A DNA stretch of 64,000 nt from Bryobacterales bacterium (GCA_965248235.1 CBDFIU010000004.1:1175112-1239111), one strand, 5' to 3'; shown: positions 35,748-45,429, counted from the stretch's first letter. The notes: a model not told the origin generated them from the letters alone. Numbers and translations: made by a program.

Positions 35748-35815
35748 GACCCCGCGGCGTAAGTCCGATTACGGGAAGGAAGGGCGCAGCCGCCGAGTTT
35801 CGCTCGTGTCCGCGT

Positions 35816-36856
35816 TCAGAGAACGTGAATTTTCGGAGAGGTCGGGGCGACAACGGCGCCGACCTTCGCGGCCGGGACGCCCCCTTCCACTAGCTCGACC
35901 AATAAGCCCTGAGAGGCTTCCGGGGCGACCGAGATCAGCATGCCGCCCGAAGTTTGCGGATCGTAAAGCAGCCCCTCGATCACATCAGGGACATCCGGGT
36001 CCACCGTCACGGCGCATTCCGCGAAGGCGCGGTTGTTCTTCTGGCCTCCGGGGAACGTGCCCTGTTGGGCGTAGTCGAGCGCCCCGGGCAACCAGGCGAC
36101 CGCTTGGTGATCGATCTCGAGTCCGACATCGCTTCCCTCGGCCAGCTCGCGTGCGTGTCCTAGTAGGCCGAAGCCCGTGACGTCCGTGGCTGCATGGACG
36201 CCTTCGCGGCTGACGGCAGCACCCGCCACGGCATTTAACGCGGTCATCGACTCGATCATAGCCGCGACGTGCTCATCGCTCGCAAGGCCGCGTTTGAGGG
36301 CGGTGGCGATCACACCGGTTCCGAGCTGTTTCGTGAGGATTAACTCATCGCCGACGCGGGCCCCGGCGTTAGTACGGACTTTCTTGGGGTGGACCAGACC
36401 GATGACCGCGTAGCCGAACTTGATTTCGTCGTCGGCGACGCTGTGTCCGCCAATGACGGCGCATCCGGCTTCCCGGATCTTCGCCAACCCGCCCGCCATG
36501 ATTTGTTCGAGCACGTCCGGGTCGCCGTTCGAGGGATAGCAGGCAACGGCCAAGGCGGTGATCGGCTTGCCGCCCATGGCGTAGACGTCGCTTAACGCAT
36601 TGGCGGCCGCAACGGCTCCGAAAGTCGCGGGATCGTCGACGATGGGCGTGAAGAAGTCGACGGTTTCAACAAGAGCGGTGGAGTCGTCGAGTAGATACAC
36701 TCCCGCATCGTCGGATTTATCGAATCCGACAAGCACCTTAGGATTGTCTTGCCGCGGCAACCTGCCGAGGACCCGGTCGAGCAAGGCGGGATTCAGCTTG
36801 CTTGCTCAACCAGCGGTCTTCACGCCGGCTGTCAGGCGGACTTTTTGGTCGGCCAT
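35816..36856 (-). CDS. selD: Selenide, water dikinase SelD with in-frame UGA (selenocysteine) at 36808-36806
   Basis: The track ORF (35816-36784) is SelD lacking its active-site N-terminus. Upstream in the same frame: ATG 36856 MADQKVRLTAGVKTAG-TGA-ASKLNPALLDRVLG. The TGA aligns with Cys17 of E. coli SelD (GAGCGCK) and the Lys with Lys20. Confidence 0.85.
36779..36807 (-). promoter_or_regulatory. Candidate SECIS-like hairpin starting at the selD UGA
   Basis: On the mRNA strand, GAGCAAG (36807-36801) pairs perfectly with CUUGCUC (36785-36779) around a 15-nt loop. It begins within the UGA codon. Confidence 0.45.
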
Positions 36857-36948
36857 AGACCCTTGATTATGTCATAGGGTTTTGCGGACGCCGGGCTGAG
36901 CTGACGTGTTGTGTCCCGCGGCGGGAGCGTCTTTGGTAAGCTCCGACC

Positions 36949-37668
36949 ATGCGGTGTTGGGTTGTTTGGGCGGGACTCGTGTTGCCGGGCTTGCTTGTCT
37001 CGGCCGCGACACAAGAAGACAATGCACACAAACACGGGAAGCACAAAGAGCAGGGCGAACACAAGAAACACTCTCGGCCGATGCACCATCACGAGTGGTC
37101 GGTGGATGAGTGGCTGGAACGTCTGGAGTCGCCGTCGCGCGGGGCTTGGCAAAAACCCGACGAGGTGGTCGGCGCCCTGTCACTGAAAGCCGGCGAGGCG
37201 GTCGCCGATATCGGTGCCGGATCCGGCTATTTTTCGACCCGCTTCGCGCGAGCGGTGGGGACAAACGGCAAGGTTTATGCCGTTGACATCGATCATGGGC
37301 TGATCGGGCATCTTCGCGAACGGGCTTCCAAGGAGAATTTGAAAAACATGGAGGCGGTGCCGGCGGCTCCCGACGATCCGAAATTGGCGGCGGGTTCCGT
37401 GGATCTTGTTTTCATCTGCAATGTGCTGCACCATGTCGAGAATCGCGCGGGCTACTACAAGAAGCTCGCGGCGGCTCTGCGCCCCGGCGGACGTTTGGCC
37501 GTGGTGGACTTTTTCAAGCGTGAATTGCCCGTCGGACCCGGCGTCGAGATGAAGATCGCCCGCGAGGCGATGGTCGCGGAGATGCGCGACGCGGGCTTTC
37601 GGCTCGGGGCGGAGTTCAACTTCTTGCCGCACCAGTATTTCTTGGTGTTTGAGACGGGCGGGCGTTAA
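36949..37668 (+). CDS. Class I SAM-dependent methyltransferase with signal-like N-terminus and His/Lys-rich segment
   Basis: The SAM-binding motif VADIGAGSGYFSTRFA and downstream VDLVFICNVLHHV are present. The N-terminus is MRCWVVWAGLVLPGLLVSAA, followed by NAHKHGKHKEQGEHKKHSRPMHHHEW. Confidence 0.8.
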   Translation: MRCWVVWAGLVLPGLLVSAATQEDNAHKHGKHKEQGEHKKHSRPMHHHEWSVDEWLERLESPSRGAWQKPDEVVGALSLKAGEAVADIGAGSGYFSTRFARAVGTNGKVYAVDIDHGLIGHLRERASKENLKNMEAVPAAPDDPKLAAGSVDLVFICNVLHHVENRAGYYKKLAAALRPGGRLAVVDFFKRELPVGPGVEMKIAREAMVAEMRDAGFRLGAEFNFLPHQYFLVFETGGR

Positions 37669-37734
37669 GGCGAGCGGCCGGGGCTCGGTGCGGCTCCGAA
37701 CTTCTCCTAAACTTCGGTTGGCGTTGGGATCAAA

Positions 37735-38934
37735 GTGTTGCGATATCGATTTGCTCGGTTTTCTGTCGCGGTTAGCGTCGCGTCGATGTGTTTGCTGCTC
37801 GGCTCGACCGGTTGCGGAACGGACGGCGAGTCCGGTGAACCGGCCGCGGTTGAAACGGCCTTCGCGGTCCAACGTCACGTCATTCAGCCGCCCGAGTTCC
37901 CCGTCGGCGGTCCTTTCAGCCCCGGCATCCTGGCCGGTGACACTCTCTATCTGGCGGGACAGGTGGGCCGCGACCCACAGACGCGGGAGGTCCCCGAAGC
38001 GATCGAGGAAGAGACTCGGGTCGCGATGGAGAACGTTGGGCGAATTCTAACGGCCGCCGAGCTTGATTTCGGCCATCTCGTCAAGTGTCATGTCCTGCTT
38101 GACGACATGGACAATTACAAGCCGATGAACGACACCTATGCCGGCTTCTTCCCGGCTGATTATTTTCCGGCGCGGACGACGGTGGAAGTCGCGCGGCTGG
38201 CGGGCGGCTTCCGGGTCGAGGTGAGTTGCATTGCGTTTCGGGACAAATCGCGCATCAGCGTGGTACGGCCGCCGGAGGGGTCGCTCCCGGGAGCCTTGGG
38301 GCCATATTCCCCCGGCGTCATGGCCGCTGACGATCTCTATCTTTCCGGGCAGGGCGGGCGCGACCCGGCCCAGAACGGGCTTCCCGAATCGGTCGAGGCC
38401 CAAGCCGTTCAAGCGCTTGAAAACATCGGGCAAGTCATCGCGGCCGCGGGGCTCTCGGACGACGACGTCGTGTACGCAAATGCCTATTACCTGGGTTGCG
38501 ACAGCGCGCCGGCCGTTGACCGGGCCTTTGCCGCGGCGTTTCCGGAGGGCATCGATTATCCGCGATCGCGAATTTGCCTGCCGCGCCTGCCGGGAGGCAT
38601 CGCGACGGAGATCACTTTGTTCGCCGAGAGGGGTGACGGCGAGGCCGTCTATCTCGCGACACGCTCGGCCCCCGAGGCGGGCGGCGACATCGCATCCCAG
38701 ATGAGCGCGACGCTCGCGAAGTTGGGAGAGGACTTACGCCAAGCGGGGATCGGTTTCGAGCACGTCGTCAACGCCAATGTCTACCTACGCAACGTCGAAG
38801 ACTTCCAAGGGATGAACGGCGAGTTTCGAAAGGTGTTCGCCGAGAGCCCGCCGGCGCGAACGACCGTGGCGACGCTACAGCCCGAACAGGAACAGCCCGT
38901 TATGGTCGAGGTGGCGTTAATCGCGATACGGTGA
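37735..38934 (+). CDS. Lipoprotein with three tandem RidA/YjgF/TdcF-family domains
   Basis: Lipobox-like LLLGSTGC. Three RidA-like units follow: GPFSPGILAGDTLYLAGQVG...ARTTVEVARL; GPYSPGVMAADDLYLSGQGG...; and a third ending PARTTVATLQPEQEQPVMVEVALIAIR. Confidence 0.8.
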   Translation: MLRYRFARFSVAVSVASMCLLLGSTGCGTDGESGEPAAVETAFAVQRHVIQPPEFPVGGPFSPGILAGDTLYLAGQVGRDPQTREVPEAIEEETRVAMENVGRILTAAELDFGHLVKCHVLLDDMDNYKPMNDTYAGFFPADYFPARTTVEVARLAGGFRVEVSCIAFRDKSRISVVRPPEGSLPGALGPYSPGVMAADDLYLSGQGGRDPAQNGLPESVEAQAVQALENIGQVIAAAGLSDDDVVYANAYYLGCDSAPAVDRAFAAAFPEGIDYPRSRICLPRLPGGIATEITLFAERGDGEAVYLATRSAPEAGGDIASQMSATLAKLGEDLRQAGIGFEHVVNANVYLRNVEDFQGMNGEFRKVFAESPPARTTVATLQPEQEQPVMVEVALIAIR

Positions 38935-38961
38935 TCCGAGAGCCATTCCGACCGAGTCTCA

Positions 38962-39477
38962 CTACCGAACAACCTCCCAAGCCAAATGCTCGAGTTCCGC
39001 GCAGAGCAGCTTCTCCCAAGCCAAGCGAACCGCCGCCGGAGATCCGGGCGTGGATACGATCACCTTGCCACGATAAACGCCCGCCGTCGCACGCGACATC
39101 ATCGCGGACGCCCCAATTTCCTCAAAGCTGAGGAGACGGAACAGCTCCCCGAAACCCGGCAGAGTCTTTTCAAGTTTGCCGCTGAGAACGTCAAACGTGG
39201 TGTCGCGGTTGGATATCCCGGTGCCGCCGTTGAAAAGAATGACTTGGGCATCGCCCGCGGCCAGCTCATCCAGGACGGCTTCGAGCCGCCGCGGCTCATC
39301 TTTGAGAATCCGAGCGGAATGGAGCAGGTGCCCCGCCGCCATAATCCGGTCGCAGAGGTAGTTGCCGCTCTTGTCGGTCTCGCGCGTACGAGTGTCGCTG
39401 ACGGTGACGACCGCGACCCGGACCGGCCCGCGCCGAGAGGCTTTGTCCTTATGTTCCTGAGCTGTCGGGGAAGGCAT
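38962..39477 (-). CDS. moaB: Molybdenum cofactor biosynthesis protein B (MoaB/MogA family)
   Basis: VAVVTVSDTRTRETDKSGNYL...VILFNGGTGISNRDTTFDVL...LPGFGELFRLLS...TPGSPAAV. The start is chosen at ATG 39477. Confidence 0.8.
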   Translation of the reverse strand: MPSPTAQEHKDKASRRGPVRVAVVTVSDTRTRETDKSGNYLCDRIMAAGHLLHSARILKDEPRRLEAVLDELAAGDAQVILFNGGTGISNRDTTFDVLSGKLEKTLPGFGELFRLLSFEEIGASAMMSRATAGVYRGKVIVSTPGSPAAVRLAWEKLLCAELEHLAWEVVR

Positions 39478-39607
39478 CACTCCGTGAGTCACATTGTAGC
39501 GAGTCTCCCATAACGCACTCGGCGGCGACGGGCGCTCAGCCGGTAGCCGCCCCAACCGAAAACCGGCGTCCCTCGCCGCAACTCCCGGCCGCGCTAATCT
39601 GTGTCTT

Positions 39608-40513
39608 ATGCCCGCTCAACTTCCCGACCCCCGCAACGCCGACATCCAGGTCTGGGTCGGCGACGGACTCAAACACCGCGACGAGGCCAAGGTCTCGGTT
39701 TTCGACAGCTCGGTCCAAGGCGGTGACGCGGTCTGGGAAGGGTTGCGCGTCTACGACGGCCGTATCGCCGACTTCGACGCTCACCTCGATCGCCTCTTTG
39801 CTTCCGCCCACGCCATGGCCTTCGCGGAGGTTCCCGAGCGCGCCGCGGTTAAAGACGCCGTCTTCGCAACCCTCGAGGCCAACGGCATGCGCGACGGCGC
39901 CCACATTCGTCTGACGCTGACGCGGGGGATGAAAGTGACCTCGGGGATGAGCCCGCATTTCAATCAATACGGCTCCTGTCTGATCGTCTTGGCGGAATGG
40001 AAACTTCCGGTCTACGACGAATCCGGAATCCGCCTGATCACCTCGTCGGTCCGCCGCAATAACCCACAGTGCATTGATTCGAAGATCCACCACAACAATC
40101 TGATCAACAACATCCTGGCCAAGATCGAAGCCAACCATGCCGGCATCGGCGATGCCCTGATGCTCGACCTGAACGGATTCGTCTCCGAGACCAACGCCAC
40201 CAACGTCTTTCTCGTAAAACGGGGAGCGGTCTTGACGCCCCACGCCGACAGCTGCCTGCCCGGCATCACGCGAGGAACGGTAATCGCGATTGCCCGCCGC
40301 GATGAGATTCCGCTCATCGAACGCAACATCTCGCTCTCCGAGGTCTACACCGCCGATGAAATGTTCACGACAGGAACGATGGGCGAGTTGACGCCGGTGC
40401 TTGAAGTCGACGGCCGCCGCATCGGAGACGGCCGAAGCGGCCCCTTGACTACGCGTCTCCGCGAACTCCATCAAGCCTGGGTCAAGCTAAACAGCGAGGC
40501 GCTTCCCTTCTGA
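39608..40513 (+). CDS. Class IV aminotransferase (branched-chain / D-amino-acid aminotransferase family)
   Basis: 301 aa: KVSVFDSSVQGGDAVWEGLRVYDGRIADFDAHLDRLFASA...SKIHHNNLINNILAKIEA...LPGITRGTVI. Confidence 0.82.
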   Translation: MPAQLPDPRNADIQVWVGDGLKHRDEAKVSVFDSSVQGGDAVWEGLRVYDGRIADFDAHLDRLFASAHAMAFAEVPERAAVKDAVFATLEANGMRDGAHIRLTLTRGMKVTSGMSPHFNQYGSCLIVLAEWKLPVYDESGIRLITSSVRRNNPQCIDSKIHHNNLINNILAKIEANHAGIGDALMLDLNGFVSETNATNVFLVKRGAVLTPHADSCLPGITRGTVIAIARRDEIPLIERNISLSEVYTADEMFTTGTMGELTPVLEVDGRRIGDGRSGPLTTRLRELHQAWVKLNSEALPF

Positions 40514-40662
40514 CCCGGAGTACCCGTCGGCGCCTTAACACGGAGGTTGGCGGTCCGTCGAGTTGTCTCACCGGAGTACGCCGAGGTCAGGGAGATCCGC
40601 AAGCTCGGCAAATAGGGTAAAACCACGAGGGCATTCTCACCGCGATCCGATAGACTGGGCGT

Positions 40663-41417
40663 ATGGCGTCGGCGATGCGCACTCAAGGGCTGACGAAGTT
40701 CTACGGCTCCAAACCCGCCCTCCAAGGGCTCGACATCGAGGTCCCCAGGGCAGCTTCTTCGGATTCCTAGGACCGAACGGCGCCGGGAAGACCACTACCA
40801 TCCACATCTTGATCGGACTGCTCGAGGCAACCGCCGGCGAAGTCGAAGTGCTGGGCTTGAAGATCCCCGACCGGCTCTCGGAGTTAAAACGACAAATCGG
40901 CGTCGTACCCGACGAATCCGTTCTCTTCGACCGACTGACGGGGCTCGAATTCCTTGACTTCGTGGGCCGCATGTACGGGCTGCCTCGCGAAACGGCGGCG
41001 GAGCGTTCGCGGGAGTTGATGGGGCTGTTCGAGTTGGACTCGATGGACTCCTCGCTTGTCGCCGGATACTCGAAGGGCATGAAGAAGCGCTTGGCCTTGG
41101 CCGCGGCGCTGATCCATCGTCCGAAGCTGTTTCTGCTCGACGAACCTTTCGAAGGCGTGGACCCGGTGGGGGCGCGCATGATGAAGGAGATACTGCTGCA
41201 GCAGGTCAAGCAAGGCGCCACGGTTTTTCTGACTTCGCATGTACTGGAAGTGGTCGAGCGCCTGTGCGATCGCGTGGCCATCATCGATCAAGGCCGACTC
41301 ATCGTCGAGGGTTCGGTGGACGATCTGAGCGCCGCCGAGGAAACACTTGAAGACGCCTTCGTTCGTGTCGTGGGCGGTGAGCGAGAACTGCAATCGCTTG
41401 CGTGGCTGGAGACGTGA
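40663..41417 (+). pseudogene. ABC transporter ATP-binding protein with a frameshift at a C4 run
   Basis: ATG 40663 opens MASAMRTQGLTKFYGSKPALQGLDIEVP and then runs into TAG. The Walker A part (GSFFGFLGPNGAGKTTT...LLDEPFEGVDP) is in the -1 frame. The junction is at cccc 40743-40746, and one extra C would restore LDIEVPQGSFFGFLGPNGAGKTT. Confidence 0.75.
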
Positions 41418-43051
41418 CGGCTCCGCAGCAAATTTGGGCGCTCGTGCTGGTCCAATTCCGCTCGCTGTGGAACACGATGCGAGGCGAGGGCGGGCGGCCG
41501 CGGCTGACCGGATCAATTCTGTTCGGCGTCTTTTGGTACGGCGTGTGGACGCTGGCGGCGTTCGGAGCGGCGGCCATTCCCAACCTAATCGGGCGCGAGG
41601 ACGTCGAGAACGCGCTGGGCGGCATTCTGCTGTTCACCCTCGCCTACTGGCAACTGGCCCCCTTGATGACGCTGTCGCTGGGCGTCTCGCTCGAAATGTC
41701 GAAGGTCTCGATCTATCCGGTGTCTTCGCTAACACTGTTCGCCGCCGAGTGCCTGTTGCGGCTGGGAACGGGAGCCGAGATCGTGTTGCTGCTGGGCGGC
41801 TTGTTCGTGGGGCTGGTCACGGCGGGCTCTCCGCATGCGATGGCGCTGGGTGCGGCCTTCCTGCTTTTCGGCGCTTTCAACGTCTTCCTCTCAGCGGGCA
41901 TCCGCAATCTTATCGAGAGGCTGTTTCAGCGCCGCCGCGTGCGAGAGATCGCACTGATCGCCTTGATCGCTTGCGCCATTCTGCCGCAGGTTTTGATATG
42001 GAGCAAGGTCGCCCGAGGCTCCATGAGAAGCTTCTTCGAGAACGCGCGAGGCATTCCCTATTGGGTGCTTCCTTCCGGCGTCGCGGGCAAGGCCGGCGGC
42101 GGCGCGGGCGAGTGGGCCGATTGGGCTCTACTTACCGCCATGGTTCTGGCCGCGGCCTTTTTCGGCTATCGCCAGTTTTTGGTCGGCTACCGTCGTGTCC
42201 AAGTCGGCGGCGCCGAGGGAGAATCGATGGGCGGCGGCCAGAGGGTCAAGCTCACTGAAAAGCTGCTGCGGCGTCTGACCGCCTGGTGCGGCGACCCGGT
42301 GGGCGCGCTGGTGGAAAAGGAACTCAAGTATCTTTGGCGCAGCCCGCGCTTTCGACTGCCGTTTTTCATGGGTTTCACGTTTGGGGTGATCGCCTGGGTT
42401 CCCATCATGCGCAAGTGGCACGACTCCTTTGGAGGCTGGTTTGAGCAGAGTGCCGTGACCTTCATCACGCTCTATGCTTTTCTCCTATTGGGTCCGGTGA
42501 TGTTTCTCAACCGCTTTGGGTTTGACCGTCAATCGGCGCGCTTCTATTTTTGGCTCCCCGTGGAGTTCCGGGAACTCTTGATCGCCAAGAACTTGGCCAC
42601 CTTGGTCTTCGCCGCCGCCGAGCTTGTTCTGATCACTTTGGTGTGCGCCATGATCGGGCTTCCAACCGGCCCCAGCGAAGTTCTCGAGGCCGCGGTGGTC
42701 GGCGCGATCGCGATGCTGTACCTGCTATCGGTCGGCAATCACACGTCCGTGCGGTTTCCGACCGCCTCGAACCCGGATCGCGTCTCGCGCGCCGGCATGG
42801 GCCACGGATTAAGCGCCGTCATCCAGTTCCTGCTGTTTCCGCTTTCGCTTGCACCCATCGGAGCGGCCTTTGTCGCGCGTCGTATCGGCTTCGGAGAAGA
42901 GGCCTTCGCGGGCGTATTGGCCCTGGCGGCGATCGGGGGCGCGGGACTCTACCTCCACACGCTGTCGCGGACGGCATTGATCGGGATGCGCGATCGCGAA
43001 TCGTTGATGGCTTACCTTACCGAAGGCGGCGGCCCCGTCTCGGCCGAGTAG
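41402..43051 (+). CDS. Multi-pass ABC exporter permease (ABC-2-like)
   Basis: 549 aa with many TM helices. It overlaps the ATPase 3' end by 16 nt. No specific family motif was recognised. Confidence 0.6.
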   Translation: MAGDVTAPQQIWALVLVQFRSLWNTMRGEGGRPRLTGSILFGVFWYGVWTLAAFGAAAIPNLIGREDVENALGGILLFTLAYWQLAPLMTLSLGVSLEMSKVSIYPVSSLTLFAAECLLRLGTGAEIVLLLGGLFVGLVTAGSPHAMALGAAFLLFGAFNVFLSAGIRNLIERLFQRRRVREIALIALIACAILPQVLIWSKVARGSMRSFFENARGIPYWVLPSGVAGKAGGGAGEWADWALLTAMVLAAAFFGYRQFLVGYRRVQVGGAEGESMGGGQRVKLTEKLLRRLTAWCGDPVGALVEKELKYLWRSPRFRLPFFMGFTFGVIAWVPIMRKWHDSFGGWFEQSAVTFITLYAFLLLGPVMFLNRFGFDRQSARFYFWLPVEFRELLIAKNLATLVFAAAELVLITLVCAMIGLPTGPSEVLEAAVVGAIAMLYLLSVGNHTSVRFPTASNPDRVSRAGMGHGLSAVIQFLLFPLSLAPIGAAFVARRIGFGEEAFAGVLALAAIGGAGLYLHTLSRTALIGMRDRESLMAYLTEGGGPVSAE

Positions 43052-44355
43052 CGTCGTAGAGGGCGGAGCGAGACGTCGTCAATCCACAAGGTTCCGCTCA
43101 GTTGATTGTCGAACTTGAGCGACCGCGCGCGGTGCACTCGGACTTCAAGCAACCGCGTGTCGGGCGGAGCGGCGATCTCGGTTTCGAGGGTCATCCAAGG
43201 AGTCGTTCCTCGAATGTTTCGCGTTCTCACGTCGAACCGATGAGGCGCTTCGGCGTCGACGATCTGAAAGTCGATCCCCTGATCGCCGCCGAGGCCCTCC
43301 GCGCGCACGACGGCGCGGAAGGCGAGGCGATCGCCTCCAACGACGACTCGCCGCGAGACGTGGTGATAATCGGGGTTGCCGGCTTCGCGAAACTCGATCC
43401 GTAGCGCTGTCTTCCCTCGCGCCGGTTGGTGGGCCTCTCGCGCGACTTCCACGCCTTCCATCGGCCGGATCCGCCAATCGAGCGGGGAGCCGCTCGGAGT
43501 GCGTTCAAACCCGGGGTTGAACAGCAGATTCGTAGCGGGCGCCGCGAGGGAGTCATTGCCGGGGCGAGCCAAGCCACGGCCATAGAACGGTGCTTGCGCC
43601 TCGACGGCTTCCTCGTAACGCTTGCGCCGCAGCAACAGGGAGACGTAACGGCTGAGCAGATCGTCGTCGGTGAAACCTCGATCGACCATGGTTTGCCAAC
43701 TTGCCTCAAGAGCGGCATCGTTGCCGGGCGCCGCGCCGGGGCGCATCAGGAAGAGGAACCACGACCGGGCCGCTTCCGGATGCCGCGGCAGACCGTGTTC
43801 GAGGATATCGTCGAGGGGGACCCGCAGACGTTCATATTGCCGAAAGACGGTTGCGTCGTAGTCGCGAGTCCCGGCCAGGCAGCGCGCGCTGAGACCGAGC
43901 GCAATCCGGGTCTCTCCGACAACGAAATAGAAATTCGCCGCCCGCATGAGGATGCGCGGGGCAAACGAGCCCCGCTTGACGGCTTGCTCGAAGTATTGGC
44001 GCGCCTCCAGCTCCCCGCCCATTCGCAGATAGGCCTCGCCGAGGTCGTACCACCGGAAGGGCGAAGCCGGGTCACGGTCGAGCGCCTCACGGAAAGCGGC
44101 GAGCGTGACGGAGTCGTCGATTTGGCCGTTCTTCGAAAGCGCGCCTTGAGCCAGTTCCGGCAGCTCACGAGCACAGGGCAGCAACCCGCAATACTTGAGA
44201 TTCGCGGAAAGGTTCCCGGAGGTCGTCGTCTCACCGAAGATCGAGGCGAGCGAATAGACAAGCAAAAAGCCGGCGAGAGCAAATGGCAACTTAGTCAACA
44301 AAGATCGTCGTGATTCATTACGCGAGCCCGAACGCAAGCGAGGGGCCAAGGGCAC
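43012..44355 (-). CDS. Membrane-anchored TPR protein with C-terminal carbohydrate-binding-like (CBM4/9-type) domain
   Basis: TM segment LLTKLPFALAGFLLVYSLASIF, then TPR-like repeats and NLLFNPGFERTPSGSPLDWRI...LWIDDVSLRP. The track ORF start (44604) is Arg-rich and overlaps the neighbouring gene, so GTG 44355 or TTG 44337 is the likelier start. Confidence 0.55.
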   Translation of the reverse strand: MPLAPRLRSGSRNESRRSLLTKLPFALAGFLLVYSLASIFGETTTSGNLSANLKYCGLLPCARELPELAQGALSKNGQIDDSVTLAAFREALDRDPASPFRWYDLGEAYLRMGGELEARQYFEQAVKRGSFAPRILMRAANFYFVVGETRIALGLSARCLAGTRDYDATVFRQYERLRVPLDDILEHGLPRHPEAARSWFLFLMRPGAAPGNDAALEASWQTMVDRGFTDDDLLSRYVSLLLRRKRYEEAVEAQAPFYGRGLARPGNDSLAAPATNLLFNPGFERTPSGSPLDWRIRPMEGVEVAREAHQPARGKTALRIEFREAGNPDYHHVSRRVVVGGDRLAFRAVVRAEGLGGDQGIDFQIVDAEAPHRFDVRTRNIRGTTPWMTLETEIAAPPDTRLLEVRVHRARSLKFDNQLSGTLWIDDVSLRPLRRYSAETGPPPSVR

Positions 44356-44465
44356 GACAGTTTCGGGTAGATCCGGGCGACGCCGAAATTCGTAGCCGTA
44401 CGGGGACTGGGGCCGGCGGCTTGCGTGCCACCGGCCCGTCGCTCTGATACTCTTCCGGCAGCGGC

Positions 44466-45188
44466 CTAGGGCGCGCTGTCCGAACGCACCGGCGCGATTT
44501 CGTCGTTGCCGGTGAACCCGACCGCGGCTCCGGTAGCGGCGGCCGCGCCCGCTCCGGCGATCACCGCGATGCTGGCCGCGTGACTGAGCGAACCAATGGT
44601 CCACCCGGCCGCCGCGCCCGCCGTGGCGGCGCCCGCCTTCTTACGACGGTCTTTCTTGTCCTTTGCTCCGTCGCCCCCGGCTTTTCCCGAGCCCTCCGGC
44701 GATGCCGGCACCGCGTAGGAGCCCGCCGGCAGCAACAGCGGCGAGACCCCGGCGCCGCGAATCCAAACGTCGCCGCGGTGAGCCGCTATCAGCTGCTGTC
44801 CGGGACGGTTAGCCACAACGAACCAATTCGAAGAGGCGTCGCGATCGCGTGCCTCCACGGTTACTTCGCCGAAGCGCACCGCCAACCGCTGAGAACCAAC
44901 GGCACCCTGCTCCAGCTCGACGTGACCGTCGGCCAAACGAACACTCGAATTCTGCCGAATTTCCACTCGTCCCATTAAGGGCGAGTTGATCGTGGCGACG
45001 CCTCCGGCCTCGGTTGCGACCCGGTCGCCGACAACAACGGGCCACGAGGGAACGCCGGCGGTCGAAAGCCGCGTACCACTGACTGCTACTTCACCGGACG
45101 CGTGAATGGACCCCAGCGGAGAAGCCGCCTGTGCGACGACCATCGTTGCGGCGATCCAGATCGAAAACGTAGAAAAGAAACGATTCAT
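44466..45188 (-). CDS. Hypothetical secreted protein (FecR-like beta region, Gly/Ala-rich C-terminus)
   Basis: GGAGG lies upstream of ATG 45188 and a signal peptide is present (MNRFFSTFSIWIAATMVVAQA). The function is not recognised. Confidence 0.45.
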   Translation of the reverse strand: MNRFFSTFSIWIAATMVVAQAASPLGSIHASGEVAVSGTRLSTAGVPSWPVVVGDRVATEAGGVATINSPLMGRVEIRQNSSVRLADGHVELEQGAVGSQRLAVRFGEVTVEARDRDASSNWFVVANRPGQQLIAAHRGDVWIRGAGVSPLLLPAGSYAVPASPEGSGKAGGDGAKDKKDRRKKAGAATAGAAAGWTIGSLSHAASIAVIAGAGAAAATGAAVGFTGNDEIAPVRSDSAP

Positions 45189-45429
45189 CAGACTACCTCC
45201 AAAGTTTCTCTATCGACAGGGGCGGGGCGGACTCTTACGAAAAAGTGCTTTGGTATCCGAAAAATGTACGGCTGTCGGTGCACCCCAGGACAAGCGGCCG
45301 GGCGTGCACTCCCCCTGGTGGGTCTACGGATTTTCAGCCCGAGAATGCGTCCCGGCCCGACAAGTCATTGGAACCCTGGCGGCGGGTGTTACCTGATTGG
45401 ATTGTTGAACGCCCATGAAAATGGGTTTG

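Noticed and set aside
44356-44604. N-terminal 83 codons of the 530-aa track ORF
   Set aside because: The extension is extremely Arg-rich and overlaps the 3' end of the neighbouring gene (44466-45188). The real protein most likely starts near 44355 or 44337, just before its TM helix.
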